From Candidatus Omnitrophota bacterium (GTDB lineage Bacteria > Omnitrophota > Gorgyraeia > 2-01-FULL-45-10): a stretch of DNA of 64,000 nucleotides. Location of the stretch: the NCBI GenBank assembly GCA_028699255.1, contig JAQVUX010000005.1, positions 35,944-99,943 on the forward strand, written 5' to 3'. Positions 38,693-49,000 of the stretch are shown here, piece by piece. Position 1 is the stretch's first letter. Each line of letters opens with the position of its first letter. The translations under genes were made by a program, and so were the position numbers. The notes below the pieces were generated by a model. That model searched no databases. It saw nothing but the letters and a program-made list of their open reading frames with translations, and had not been told where the DNA came from.

Positions 38693-39058
38693 TTATACGG
38701 CCGCGCTTGGTAAGTTTTTTACGAAATCCATTATCTGCGTTTTGTCGGATTTCGTTATTTCCAAAAACTGATTGCCGAGCTCGTATTGGTCGGATTGCGG
38801 CAACCGACGTATCCACGCGACTTTCGATATCGCTTTTATTGGGGCGGAATTATTCGGAAGACTTATTGTAAGGACGAGACGACAAGCCAAAGACATGAAC
38901 TTGCTGGAGCTGAAGCACGCTCCGCCTTCGCTTATATTGCGAAGCGACGAGCCCTTCGGTAATTCTACCGAGTTCTTGAGATCGCGGTATTCTACAGGTA
39001 AACTTGCGTCTACTCTCTTATACCTTCTCTTCTCTATCGCCGGTATATTGTTTTCCAT
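38693..39058 (-). CDS. PilZ-domain c-di-GMP-binding protein
   Basis: 121 aa with RRYKR (RxxxR) and NISEGG (D/NxSxGG) motifs. Confidence 0.75.
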   Translation of the reverse strand: MENNIPAIEKRRYKRVDASLPVEYRDLKNSVELPKGSSLRNISEGGACFSSSKFMSLACRLVLTISLPNNSAPIKAISKVAWIRRLPQSDQYELGNQFLEITKSDKTQIMDFVKNLPSAAV

Positions 39059-39113
39059 TTTTATGTCGCTCTCCTTAAAATTTTTAGTATAAGGACATAT
39101 TTCATTTCACAAA

Positions 39114-39142
39114 ACTATATCATACAATTACACTTTTGTCAA
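39114..39142 (-). promoter_or_regulatory. sigma-70 promoter of the pilZ-domain gene (TTGACA-N17-TATAGT)
   Basis: On the minus strand, TTGACA maps to 39137-39142 and TATAGT to 39114-39119, with a 17-nt spacer. Confidence 0.6.
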
Positions 39143-39159
39143 GGTAAAGTATAAAAAAG

Positions 39160-41637
39160 TTAGTTTTTGTTAAGAGTTTTTATCAATTTTTTGTTCGACT
39201 TAGGATTAACATCGACCTCGATTGCGCCTGTGGATTTTGTAACGTAACACTTTGATTTTAAATAAGTTAACATATTAATCACATCCTCTGACGGCATCCT
39301 GTATTTACCGGTTGAGCCCACACTTACCACCGATATCTCCGGGGAGACGAGCGAATAAAAACTTTCAGCGACCTTTCGATTGCCCGGATTCCCGCCGTGA
39401 TGAGGAACCTTCACAATATCAGATCGCAGAAAATCTCCGACGGGAAGAAGACGCGACATCGCCCTGTCTTTTATGTCGCCGCAGAAAAGAAACGCGATAT
39501 TTTTGTATTCAATTTTCAACACGATGGAGTTGTCGTTAGAATCCATAAGCTCTTTTTCTCCGGTGGGATTCAGTATAAAAATACTTGTGTCCGCAAACGC
39601 CCGGAGCACATCTCCTTCACTGACGACAAGGCGCCTTATGCCCTTTCGCTCGACGAGCCGCGTATACTTCGAGTATTTTTTCCGGCTCTCCGCGGCCGGA
39701 GTCGCTCCGTTATCGACGACACATCCTACATTAAAATTTTCCAGCACATACAGAAGCCCGCCCATATGATCCTCATGGAAATGCGTCACTACCACGAGGT
39801 CAATCGTCTTTATTCCTTTATTCCACAGGAATGGAGCGATGACAGACTTCCCAACGTCGAACCTGTCCTCCTCTCCGCCGCTACCGCCGTCTATAAGCAT
39901 ATTGCCGCCGCCCGGGAATTCCACAAACGCGCAATCCCCCTGCCCCACATCGAGGAACGTCGCTTCGAGGCTTTTCCGTCCCGTATCCAGAGCCGAAGGC
40001 CAGATCGTAAGATTAAAAAGAATGAGAACGATTATGGTAATGCGCCGTTTTGTTATTTTCATCCTCCCTATTTCAATAATCGGCGGCATGATAAAAATAA
40101 TGGCGAGCGCATAGTAGGCTACCATAAATAACGCTGAGGGTTTGCCGATCCTGAAAAAAGCAAAAGGAATACCCGACAGGTATCCGTTTATAGCAAATAG
40201 AAGTTTTTCCGTAAATTGAAGGATCGACCCGAACCAGAAAGCTATGGATGCCGATAAAAGTGACGCCGCAAAGAAAAGAAAAAATCCGGCGGTAAGGAAA
40301 AATAGTATCGGTATGACTATAAGGTTCGCCACCACGGACACCGGCGATATTATATTAAAATAGGTAGCGACGATCGGAAAACTGCCAATCCACGCGGCGA
40401 TTGACACGGAGACGCCCGTGGTAATGTAAACGTAAATTATAGCGAACCAGTTTCGCTTCTTCCTCTTTCCCTGAATAACGGGAAAGAATGAATTTAATTT
40501 TGTCGTAAATAAAAGCGTGCTCGCTATCGACACGAATGAAAGCTGGAAGCTGGGATCGTAAAGTTCTTTCGGGTTCCATAGAAGTATCGCTATGGCGGCT
40601 ATCGCCAGAGAGTTTATAGCGTCGGCTTCCCTGTTTATGAAATAGCCCAGGACATACATCGCGAACATCACCACCGACCTTATTATAGGAGGGTTCGAAC
40701 CGGCAACGAACGCGTAGAATACCAGAAGTATGGTTGTGATGACAAGGTTGACGCGCTTAGGGATGCGCAGGACGCCGAACACCGCGAGAAATACGGCCGC
40801 GATAAGGCCGACCTGAAGGCCGCTTACGGCGATCACATGCACCGTGCCCGTCTGTATGAACGGGTCCTGTATGCTGTCTTTCAGATCCGTCCTGTCGCCC
40901 ACCAGTATCGCCTTTAAAAAACCGCTGTAAGGCATCGTAAGATATTCGTCTATGAGCGAGGACATCCTGTGGCGGATGCCGAACGATATAGTTTTTATCC
41001 TATCGAGCAAATGATAAGCCGGATTTGAACCTGACTTATCACCATCCCGGCTCAATACCTTAAACCCATCCTTATTTTTGACACGGATGCGGCAATATAT
41101 ATCTTTATTTTCGAGATATTCGGCATAGTCGAATAGGCCGGGGTTCTTCAGGCCTTGAGGTTTAGATATGGCCCCTTCCAATATTACATCGTCGCCAAAC
41201 GACACGCCAGCCATGCTATTTGAAAATATATCGGCCCTGGCTAAACCGCTCACATTCTGCCAGGACGCGTCCTCCTTCAGCATCTGAGCCTTCAGCAGGA
41301 AACTCGTCTTTACAGTATGATATATGGTAGGCGCCGCGACAGGGTCGTCGATAACGCGTCCTTTTAGAACTACGAAATTATTACCGCAGGACGCTACGGA
41401 ACGGGATACGTGATCGGAAGAAATGATCCTTGAATTAAGATGAACGGCCATCCCTGCAAACAGGATCGCCAGGAATAACGCTGTGTGAGCAAGCGCTCTA
41501 TTTTTGGAAAAGAAACCGGAGAGTACGCTGAAAAAAATGGCGGAGAGAATCGTTAAAATTATCGGGATGACGCATATCCCGGAAAGCGCTATGCCAAGGC
41601 AGAACGGTATGAGGGCGTATAGCGCAGGGCGCTTCAT
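39160..41637 (-). CDS. comEC: DNA internalization channel ComEC/Rec2 with a C-terminal metallo-beta-lactamase domain
   Basis: 825 aa with an N-terminal OB domain, a central competence multi-TM domain and a C-terminal MBL fold (HFHEDHMGG). Confidence 0.85.
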   Translation of the reverse strand: MKRPALYALIPFCLGIALSGICVIPIILTILSAIFFSVLSGFFSKNRALAHTALFLAILFAGMAVHLNSRIISSDHVSRSVASCGNNFVVLKGRVIDDPVAAPTIYHTVKTSFLLKAQMLKEDASWQNVSGLARADIFSNSMAGVSFGDDVILEGAISKPQGLKNPGLFDYAEYLENKDIYCRIRVKNKDGFKVLSRDGDKSGSNPAYHLLDRIKTISFGIRHRMSSLIDEYLTMPYSGFLKAILVGDRTDLKDSIQDPFIQTGTVHVIAVSGLQVGLIAAVFLAVFGVLRIPKRVNLVITTILLVFYAFVAGSNPPIIRSVVMFAMYVLGYFINREADAINSLAIAAIAILLWNPKELYDPSFQLSFVSIASTLLFTTKLNSFFPVIQGKRKKRNWFAIIYVYITTGVSVSIAAWIGSFPIVATYFNIISPVSVVANLIVIPILFFLTAGFFLFFAASLLSASIAFWFGSILQFTEKLLFAINGYLSGIPFAFFRIGKPSALFMVAYYALAIIFIMPPIIEIGRMKITKRRITIIVLILFNLTIWPSALDTGRKSLEATFLDVGQGDCAFVEFPGGGNMLIDGGSGGEEDRFDVGKSVIAPFLWNKGIKTIDLVVVTHFHEDHMGGLLYVLENFNVGCVVDNGATPAAESRKKYSKYTRLVERKGIRRLVVSEGDVLRAFADTSIFILNPTGEKELMDSNDNSIVLKIEYKNIAFLFCGDIKDRAMSRLLPVGDFLRSDIVKVPHHGGNPGNRKVAESFYSLVSPEISVVSVGSTGKYRMPSEDVINMLTYLKSKCYVTKSTGAIEVDVNPKSNKKLIKTLNKN

Positions 41638-41640
41638 TCT

Positions 41641-42012
41641 TTATTCCACCGTTATTTTATTGCGGATCTTCTCGAAGAGCGCCACGCCGACGCCTTTCAC
41701 ATTCTTGACATCGTCTATCGAGGCGAAACTCCCGTTCCTGTAACGATATTCCACTATGCGCGCGGCCCTCTTCGCCCCTATGCCTTTTATAGCCGCCAGC
41801 TCTTCGGCGCCGGCAGAGTTTATATTAACCCTCTCCCGCGCAGTCGTGTCGGCGCCTTCCGCAGTGTCGGCATATTTTAATGGATCGAATTTTTCTACAG
41901 GTACCTTGACGGGGGCACGTGATTTTCGCAACGCGGAGACGGCAACTCCTGCGATGAGCGCGGCCACGAGAAATATCAGTATGGCCCTCTCTATGCGCTC
42001 AAGATTTATCAT
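41641..42012 (-). CDS. comEA: ComEA-like DNA-binding protein (helix-hairpin-helix)
   Basis: 123 aa with a signal anchor and a C-terminal HhH (LAAIKGIGAKRAARIVEYR). It lies directly upstream of comEC. Confidence 0.8.
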   Translation of the reverse strand: MINLERIERAILIFLVAALIAGVAVSALRKSRAPVKVPVEKFDPLKYADTAEGADTTARERVNINSAGAEELAAIKGIGAKRAARIVEYRYRNGSFASIDDVKNVKGVGVALFEKIRNKITVE

Positions 42013-42015
42013 CCG

Positions 42016-44538
42016 TCACGTCACTATGTTGACGAGTTTCCTGGGGATTATTATGAAGTCTCTGGCCGGCTTACCGCCCAGCCACGTCTTTACCTTAGGA
42101 TCGGCTATAACCAGCGCCTTGAGCGCGTCGTTATCGATACCTGCGTCTACCTCTATCTTAGACCTGAGCTTTCCGTTTACCTGTATGGGTATGGTCAAAA
42201 CTTTCTCGATGATCGCACCCTTATCGTAAGAAGGCCACTCGTGCTTGAATATACTATTCTCTTTACCCATCATGCGCCACATCTCTTCGGCCATATGCGG
42301 AACGAACGGCGAAAGTAGTATAACAATAGCTTCTACCGCTTCGTTCAAACGTTTTACTAAAACATCATTTTTGGCGGTGATCTTGGTTTTAACATCGCCT
42401 GCTTCATTGGCAAGTTCCATAATCGCGCTTATGGCCGTGTTAAAATGAAATCCTCCCTCCAAATCATCGGTAACCTTCTTGATTGTTTGATGGATTTTAC
42501 GCTTAAGGCCTTCCGCTAATTTATTCTGGATTTCACTATCAGGGTTGTTGTCTACGCCCCGGGTACCGGTAACGTCTCCTACCCCCTTATTTAAAAGAAC
42601 CGCGCCTTCCACTAACCGCCAAACTTTTCCCAGGAATCTGTATGCGCCCTCAGCGCCTCGATCCGACCACTCTGCGTCCTTCTCAGGAGGCCCGATAAAG
42701 AGCGTGTATAGCCTGACGGTGTCGGCGCCATAGTCTTTTATCAACCCGTCGGGAGACACGACATTTCCCTTCGATTTCGACATCTTCGCGCCATCTTTTA
42801 TTATCATTCCCTGAGTAAAAAGATTTTTAAACGGTTCGTCGAAACTTATCGCGCCGATATCATGCAAAAACTTCGTTATAAAACGCGAATACAATAAGTG
42901 CAATATCGCGTGCTCTATCCCGCCTATGTACTGATCGACCGGAAGCCACTTATTCACAAGATCCGAATCGAACGGCCTGTCTTTAAGATGCGGGGAAACA
43001 TATCTAAGGAAATACCAGCTCGAATCGACGAACGTATCCATCGTATCGGTATCTCTGGTGGCCGGGGAATGGCACTTCGGGCATTTGGTGTCCACAAAGC
43101 CCTTAGCGAACTTCAAAGGCGATTCGCCCGTCGGTCTGAACTCCACGTTCTCGGGAAGAAGTACCGGCAGGTCTTTCTCGGGCACGGGAAGCACGCCACA
43201 CTTTGGACAATATATTATCGGAATCGGCGCGCCCCAATACCTCTGTCGCGATATCAGCCAATCCCTTAGCCTGTACTGCACCATCCGCTTACCAAACTTC
43301 TTCTCTTCGAAATATTCCGCTATCTTTTCTAACGCGTCCTGCGACCTTAAGCCGTTGAATTGGGCGGAGTTTATCATCACACCTTCTTCGGTATATGCCT
43401 CTTTCATCCTGTCGGGATCGAGATGGTTTTTCGGATCGTCTATCACTACTTCTATCGGAAGCTTGTACTGTTTCGCGAAATCAAAATCGCGCTCATCGTG
43501 GGCGGGAACCGCCATGATAGCGCCGGTGCCGTATTCCATCAGGATGTAGTTCGCGATCCATATCGGGATCTTGCGGCCGTTTACCGGGTTTATCACGTTC
43601 TTGCCGGTAAAAACGCCTTCCTTCGCGGCCTCGGACTGCGAGCGCGATATCTTCGACTCGTCGCGCATCTTCTGTATGGCCTTCAAGGATACGGCCTCGT
43701 CTGTCGAGCCTTTGATTAAGGCGCCGACAAGCGGATGCTCGGGCGCCAGAGCTATGAACGTAGCGCCGTATATCGTATCGACCCGCGTCGTGAAACATTT
43801 CAGGCTTTCATTCATGCCGTCTATTTTAAAATCTATCTCGACGCCGGAAGATTTGCCTATCCAATTGGACTGCATCGTCTTGACGCGCTCGGGCCATTCG
43901 GTAAGTTTTTCCAGGTCATTCAAAAGGCGGTCGGCGTAATGGGTTATCTTGAAAAACCACTGCTCGAGCTCCTTCTGGTTCACTTCTGTGGAGCACCGCT
44001 CACAGTTGCCGTTCACGACCTGCTCGTTCGCCAAAACGGTTTTGCACGACGGGCACCAGTTGACAAACGCCTTCTTCTTGTAAGCAAGGCCCTTCTCATA
44101 AAGTTTTGTGAATATCCACTGTGTCCACTTATAATATTCAGGCAGGCAGGAAATGACCTCGCGCTCCCAATCGTACTCGACGCCCCACTGGTTGAGCTGG
44201 CGCTTCATCGTGTTGATGTTATTGAGTGTGGATGTTTTTGGGTGGAGACCGCCTTTTATCGCGGCATTCTCGGCGGGTAACCCGAACGAATCGAAGCCCA
44301 TCGGCGCCAGGACGTTGAATCCGCGCATCATCTTGTAACGGGCGACGACATCGCCAATAATATAATTGCGGCCGTGGCCCACGTGAAGCGCGGCCGACGG
44401 ATACGGGAACATCATAAGGCAGTAATATTTATTCGCGGTGTTCTTCGTATCGACATTGAACAGTCGTTTATCGCGCCAGAACTTCTGCCATTTCGGCTCT
44501 ATCGTATCGAAGGGGAAAAGTTTTTCGTCTTGTGTCAT
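42016..44538 (-). CDS. leuS: leucyl-tRNA synthetase
   Basis: 840 aa with HVGH and KMSKS motifs and a CP1 editing domain. Confidence 0.95.
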   Translation of the reverse strand: MTQDEKLFPFDTIEPKWQKFWRDKRLFNVDTKNTANKYYCLMMFPYPSAALHVGHGRNYIIGDVVARYKMMRGFNVLAPMGFDSFGLPAENAAIKGGLHPKTSTLNNINTMKRQLNQWGVEYDWEREVISCLPEYYKWTQWIFTKLYEKGLAYKKKAFVNWCPSCKTVLANEQVVNGNCERCSTEVNQKELEQWFFKITHYADRLLNDLEKLTEWPERVKTMQSNWIGKSSGVEIDFKIDGMNESLKCFTTRVDTIYGATFIALAPEHPLVGALIKGSTDEAVSLKAIQKMRDESKISRSQSEAAKEGVFTGKNVINPVNGRKIPIWIANYILMEYGTGAIMAVPAHDERDFDFAKQYKLPIEVVIDDPKNHLDPDRMKEAYTEEGVMINSAQFNGLRSQDALEKIAEYFEEKKFGKRMVQYRLRDWLISRQRYWGAPIPIIYCPKCGVLPVPEKDLPVLLPENVEFRPTGESPLKFAKGFVDTKCPKCHSPATRDTDTMDTFVDSSWYFLRYVSPHLKDRPFDSDLVNKWLPVDQYIGGIEHAILHLLYSRFITKFLHDIGAISFDEPFKNLFTQGMIIKDGAKMSKSKGNVVSPDGLIKDYGADTVRLYTLFIGPPEKDAEWSDRGAEGAYRFLGKVWRLVEGAVLLNKGVGDVTGTRGVDNNPDSEIQNKLAEGLKRKIHQTIKKVTDDLEGGFHFNTAISAIMELANEAGDVKTKITAKNDVLVKRLNEAVEAIVILLSPFVPHMAEEMWRMMGKENSIFKHEWPSYDKGAIIEKVLTIPIQVNGKLRSKIEVDAGIDNDALKALVIADPKVKTWLGGKPARDFIIIPRKLVNIVT

Positions 44539-44563
44539 TTTCTTTCACCATACCAATCGCGGT

Positions 44564-44612
44564 CAACCGCGTAGGTTAACCATGCGTTGACCTCGAACAA
44601 CCTACGCGGTTG
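44564..44612. repeat. REP inverted pair (CAACCGCGTAGGTTA ... AACCTACGCGGTTG)
   Basis: Two 14-15 nt REP arms are separated by a 20-nt loop. The element lies between leuS and nfo and overlaps the nfo stop region. Confidence 0.8.
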
Positions 44613-45456
44613 TTTCGCGGTGCGCCAGTTTCCTCGCAACGGCCAAATTTCTTTTGTCGTCTTTTTCCGTTTCTTTCGGCGTTTCCATTATAAAGGCCGC
44701 GTGTTTTAATTTCGGATGGCGTATTATCCGGGATAGCGCCTGCTCACCTATATTGCCTTTGCCGATATGCTGATGCCTGTCGACATGTGAGCCGAAAGCG
44801 GACAGGCTGTCATTAAAATGTACAACTTTCACAGCGTCCAACCCTACTGCTTTATCAAGCTCCTTCAAAGTCCTATCCAAACCGGCCTTCGATCTTATAT
44901 CGTAACCGGCCTCAAACGTGTGGGCTGTGTCCAGACAAACGCCTAATTTATAATCGCCGCCCACATTATCTACTATACGCTTTATGTGCTCGAATTTGTA
45001 ACCGATCCATGAACCCGAGCCAGCGGTATTCTCTAAAAGTATCGTCGTCTTTGGTTTGGCGCGGCCTATTATCTCGCCCAGAGCATCGGAGAAGCGTCTT
45101 ATGCCGCTATCTTCCCCGCTCCCGACGTGGCTTCCGAGATGCGTAACAAAATATTCCGCGCCGAGCTGATCCGCGCGTTTAACATCTTCGATGTATGCCT
45201 CGATCGACATCTTGTACAATCGATCGTCGGGTGTAGCGAGATTTATGATATACGGTATATGAACTACTACCGGGCTTATATCGTATTTCGTTTTGAGCCG
45301 CGCGAACTCTTTTACATCCTCAGCGGCAAGCTTCGTTACCTGCCAGCCTCTCGGATTACGGCTGAATATCTGCATCGCGTCGCATCCTAACGCATGCGCC
45401 CTGTCGAGTGATTCGTAGATGTGTCCCGCGATGGATACGTGAACGCCGATACGCAT
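44602..45456 (-). CDS. nfo: endonuclease IV (AP endonuclease, TIM barrel)
   Basis: 284 aa with histidine-rich metal-binding motifs (VHIPYIINL, THLGSH, HFND). Confidence 0.9.
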   Translation of the reverse strand: MRIGVHVSIAGHIYESLDRAHALGCDAMQIFSRNPRGWQVTKLAAEDVKEFARLKTKYDISPVVVHIPYIINLATPDDRLYKMSIEAYIEDVKRADQLGAEYFVTHLGSHVGSGEDSGIRRFSDALGEIIGRAKPKTTILLENTAGSGSWIGYKFEHIKRIVDNVGGDYKLGVCLDTAHTFEAGYDIRSKAGLDRTLKELDKAVGLDAVKVVHFNDSLSAFGSHVDRHQHIGKGNIGEQALSRIIRHPKLKHAAFIMETPKETEKDDKRNLAVARKLAHRETTA

Positions 45457-45461
45457 AAAAT

Positions 45462-45730
45462 TTCTCCGAAATTTCCAAAACTTTCTTTGAAAAGTTTCGT
45501 GAGTGCTTCTATTTTTCAGAGAAAAATAGAAGTATCTGAAACTCCAGGACCTGAAAACTTTCTTCGAAAAGTTTACTCAGTATACCGATTTTTCAGAGAA
45601 AAATCGGTATATCTTAGACTCCAGGACCTGAAAACTTTCTTCGAAAAGTTTTCAGAGTACTTCGATTTTTTCTCCGAAAAAATCGAAACTTGTCAAACCC
45701 CAGGACCCCAAAATTTCCCGAAATTTTGGG
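45462..45730. repeat. array of 3 units of the tRNA-proximal structured repeat, 3' of tRNA-Leu
   Basis: The unit cores are TATCTGAAACTCCAGGACC, TATATCTTAGACTCCAGGACC and ACTTGTCAAACCCCAGGACC. Each core is flanked by hairpins with covarying stems, for example CCAAAATTTCCCGAAATTTTGG in place of GAAAACTTTCTTCGAAAAGTTTTC. Confidence 0.8.
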
Positions 45731-45733
45731 CTT

Positions 45734-45820
45734 GTGGTGCCGAGGGAGGGAGTTGAACCCTCATATCCGTGAGGAAATCGGTTTTTGAGACCGACGCGTA
45801 TGCCAGTTCCGCCACCTCGG
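45734..45820 (-). tRNA. tRNA-Leu (anticodon CAA)
   Basis: The reverse complement GCCGAGGTGGCGGAACTGGCATACGCGTCGGTCTCAAAACCGATTTCCTCACGGATATGAGGGTTCAACTCCCTCCCTCGGCACCA is a class II tRNA with a long variable arm and an encoded CCA. Confidence 0.85.
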
Positions 45821-45834
45821 CACGATTATGCATG

Positions 45835-45892
45835 TCAAAACAACCGCGTAGGTTATCTATGATTACCGCATGCAAACCTACGCGGTTGTTTT
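45835..45892. repeat. REP inverted pair forming a 19-bp stem hairpin
   Basis: CAAAACAACCGCGTAGGTT and its complement AACCTACGCGGTTGTTTTG are separated by a 20-nt loop, just 5' of tRNA-Leu. Confidence 0.8.
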
Positions 45893-46047
45893 GCAATACG
45901 GTTATTCCACAATATTCCTTGACGGAAAGTATAACACACCGCCGCCAATTCCTCAACTACAAACCGCCGCAATATTGCCACAACACCGCCACCTTGTCAA
46001 ACCGCCGCCTACACGCAACCGCGGAGGTTGGCCAGTTATTTCAGTCA

Positions 46048-46064
46048 GATAACCTACGCGGTTG
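46048..46064. repeat. solo REP copy (GATAACCTACGCGGTTG)
   Basis: An exact REP core lies 11 nt beyond the stop of the 1089-aa ORF. Confidence 0.7.
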
Positions 46065-46074
46065 TACCGACAGG

Positions 46075-49000
46075 TTACGCCGCGGACATCACGTTATCGC
46101 TTGCCATCTTATTAAACCGGCGTTTGTCATTATCCAATAATTTTGCGGTTGGCAGTTTGAATGGCACGCTTCGCACGAAATTATTGATATCGGCCTGGGA
46201 CTGCTCTTTCATGGATAACGGCCGGCGGGCAAGAAACTCAAATATTGCTTTTAGACGGCCAATATCATCCAGACGGCGAATTCTTAACGCAAGGATAATC
46301 CCCTCGGGTTGAACATCGTTTTGGCAAGGATCAAAGGCAAGCGCCCTTATACCAATGCCGCTATCCAGGACTTTGTTAACGATCTCCGTACTCGGACAAG
46401 CAACATCGAATTCCACCTCGTAACCCGGGTATTCTATCGCGTAATCAGCTCTCTTCCTATCGATCAATCTCTTCACCTCGTCCACAAAATCGGATGGGCC
46501 ACAAACCGGCAGTAAGGCAACCTTTTCGCCGCATTTCGCGTCCTTTTCCATCTCCTGCTGAAGCAGGGCCCTTAACATATCTCTTTGTATATAAGGAAAT
46601 ATTTCCTCCGCGGCTATATGGCACAGTATCGTTTTCGTTTTCCCGAGATCCTTTGGCCGATATTTTTTATTCTCTTCGTGTATCCGACCGGCCTCGGCAA
46701 CGGCAGAATCGGTTATAATAGCCGGTTGCCCGTTCGGCGTTCTGCGTACTGTGTTCTGGGTCATGCCCGCTTTGCCGCGCCCGGCCGCGGCTTCCGTTTC
46801 CCCTTGCCCCTGAACCTTTGACACTACCTGTCCCGCCTCCCTCTCCATGGGCAGGAGCCCATTTTCCGTCGGGGCGGCCTGTCTTACATGTACATGCGCC
46901 GGTGCATGCACATGTAGAAGAGCGTCATTATCATACGTCAATGGCTGATCCGACGGTTTTAAAGCGCCCGGCTTCTTCGGCTGTTTATAATAACGATTGC
47001 CATCTAAGGGCCCGCCATTCCCGAGCGGCCCGGGATCGGCGCCGGGGCCGTGGGGAAGATTAATATAACGGACACCGTCGAATTTACCGGAGGCGCGATC
47101 ATACATGGATATCGCGAAAGGGCGCTCGGAAAGTCGTATCATTCCCCCACTCCCTTCTTCATAAAATTGAACTACGAGATGCGCTTTTTCGGTCGTCAGA
47201 CACGCCCTGACACTGCCCGCCGGTCTTGCGGCACAAAAATTATCTCTTAACTCGATGGCCGCGAAAAGGATATGCGCCACCCCCGATAGTCCGACATCAT
47301 CGCCGGTATCTATAAACTGAATAGCGTCCGCACCGTCCATATACAGGGTGGCACTGCCGCATGGATATTCTATTTGGCGAAAATTTTTCTCAATCATCTC
47401 TGAAAGAATTTTCGCCAGTACTTCCCGCTCCCCGGGATTTCTGACCAAAGAATACGGTATATTTTCAAGTAAAGGCTGATTTCTTTCTTCCTCATTACTA
47501 TTATCAAGATAAAGGCTGAAAGTATACCCACCGGACTGATTCGTTTGTACAAAATGGGGATGCATTTTTTTAAATGTAACCCCGCCGGACAAGAGTAAAG
47601 GCGTTATGGTATCGATAAACTCATGGGTAGGCGCTCGCATATCTTCATCCAGAAGCGGCATATACATCAGAAATTTATACTGCGACTCTGCGCCGACGGC
47701 GTTGATATACGCAACCTGATAATCATAAGTTCCTCGCGCCACTACGTCCTGCCATCTCTCAGCCTTCTCTATCTTGTAGTCCAGATACTTTTCCTGTTCT
47801 AATACATCCAACACCATCATCTTGGCTAATACATACCTAAACTCATAGCTGTTCTTCTCCGAAAGTATAAATAAGTGCCTTATGCGCTGATGCAGATATT
47901 TGGCATTTAAAAAAGCTATTAGTTGCTCTAAGGCAATTTTAGTCTCATATTTCTGCCCAGGATCCATATCATAATTATATAAGTTGTCATGAGATTCTTT
48001 TAATAAACGATAAAAATCCGGTTCATATACTTGATCATTAATATCCGGATGAGAGACCTTCCGAAAGTGCTCATAGTTTTCCTCAAAAACTCCAACCATC
48101 CCGTCTTGATCATTTACAGGGATCGGCCTGATGAAATCCTCAAACTTTTTAAAGCAATCCGGAGGAAGCGCTTTCCTGAGAAAAGTAGTTTCTATCTTTC
48201 TTGGTTGAATAGGTATGTTGGAAGGGACGGATACGGCCGATGATAACGAATCTGTTAATCGAAGTATTATTTTAACAGCCCATCGGGAGTAGCTGGCAGG
48301 AAAAAATCGGCCCTGGAAAATTGTATCCGATATCCGGTAAGCCCGGGGATGATTATCGATCAACATCCGGCAGAATTTTTCACTTTCCAGTAAGCCTGAC
48401 ATGACGTCGTTTATTAGTACAAAAAATGCCATCGATACCACACTTAAAACGCCTCCTGCGGCGAAATCTAAAACCGGCGCTAACGCAAAAACCCCTGCCC
48501 TGCGTTCAAAATCGGACGGCCCCGTCCGCTCGCCGTATATTGCTTTCATCCTAACCGCGTAAGTATTACCGGAGGGATATTTGGGGTCAACTTCCTGACG
48601 AGAGGTTTCGTCCGCACGCCCGAACACTGACCGATCCGGCGACATTGAGTCGCCCTCAACCTCCGGCGGTCGTAAATATCGCCTGACGCCAGAGTTGCTC
48701 CCGGGGTCCGTCGGGCCGGGCAGGCCTTTAGGCATGTTGGCATAGGAAACCATTCGTGTATCGTCTGCCGAGTCACGCCTTTTGCGGAACCACAGCCCTT
48801 TGAGGCCGGGGAGATCCGTGGACTCGAGATTACGCCGGTCATCCGGAGTTTTAATTCCAAATTTTACCAACTCTTCGTGGGCAATATTTTCATAATCCTT
48901 TATAAAAAATAGATCAATCATCTTTCCGTCGTTCGCAAATTTAAAGGTAACGTATTTATAATCCTTCCCTGCCACCTTGCGGGATCGCCACGTTTCATCA

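Noticed and set aside
44539-44601. T-box leader upstream of leuS
   Set aside because: The gap is only 63 nt and is occupied by a REP hairpin. It has no specifier loop or T-box sequence.
45693-45956. 87-aa minus-strand ORF spanning tRNA-Leu and a REP hairpin
   Set aside because: Overlaps a canonical class II tRNA and a palindromic repeat. No RBS.
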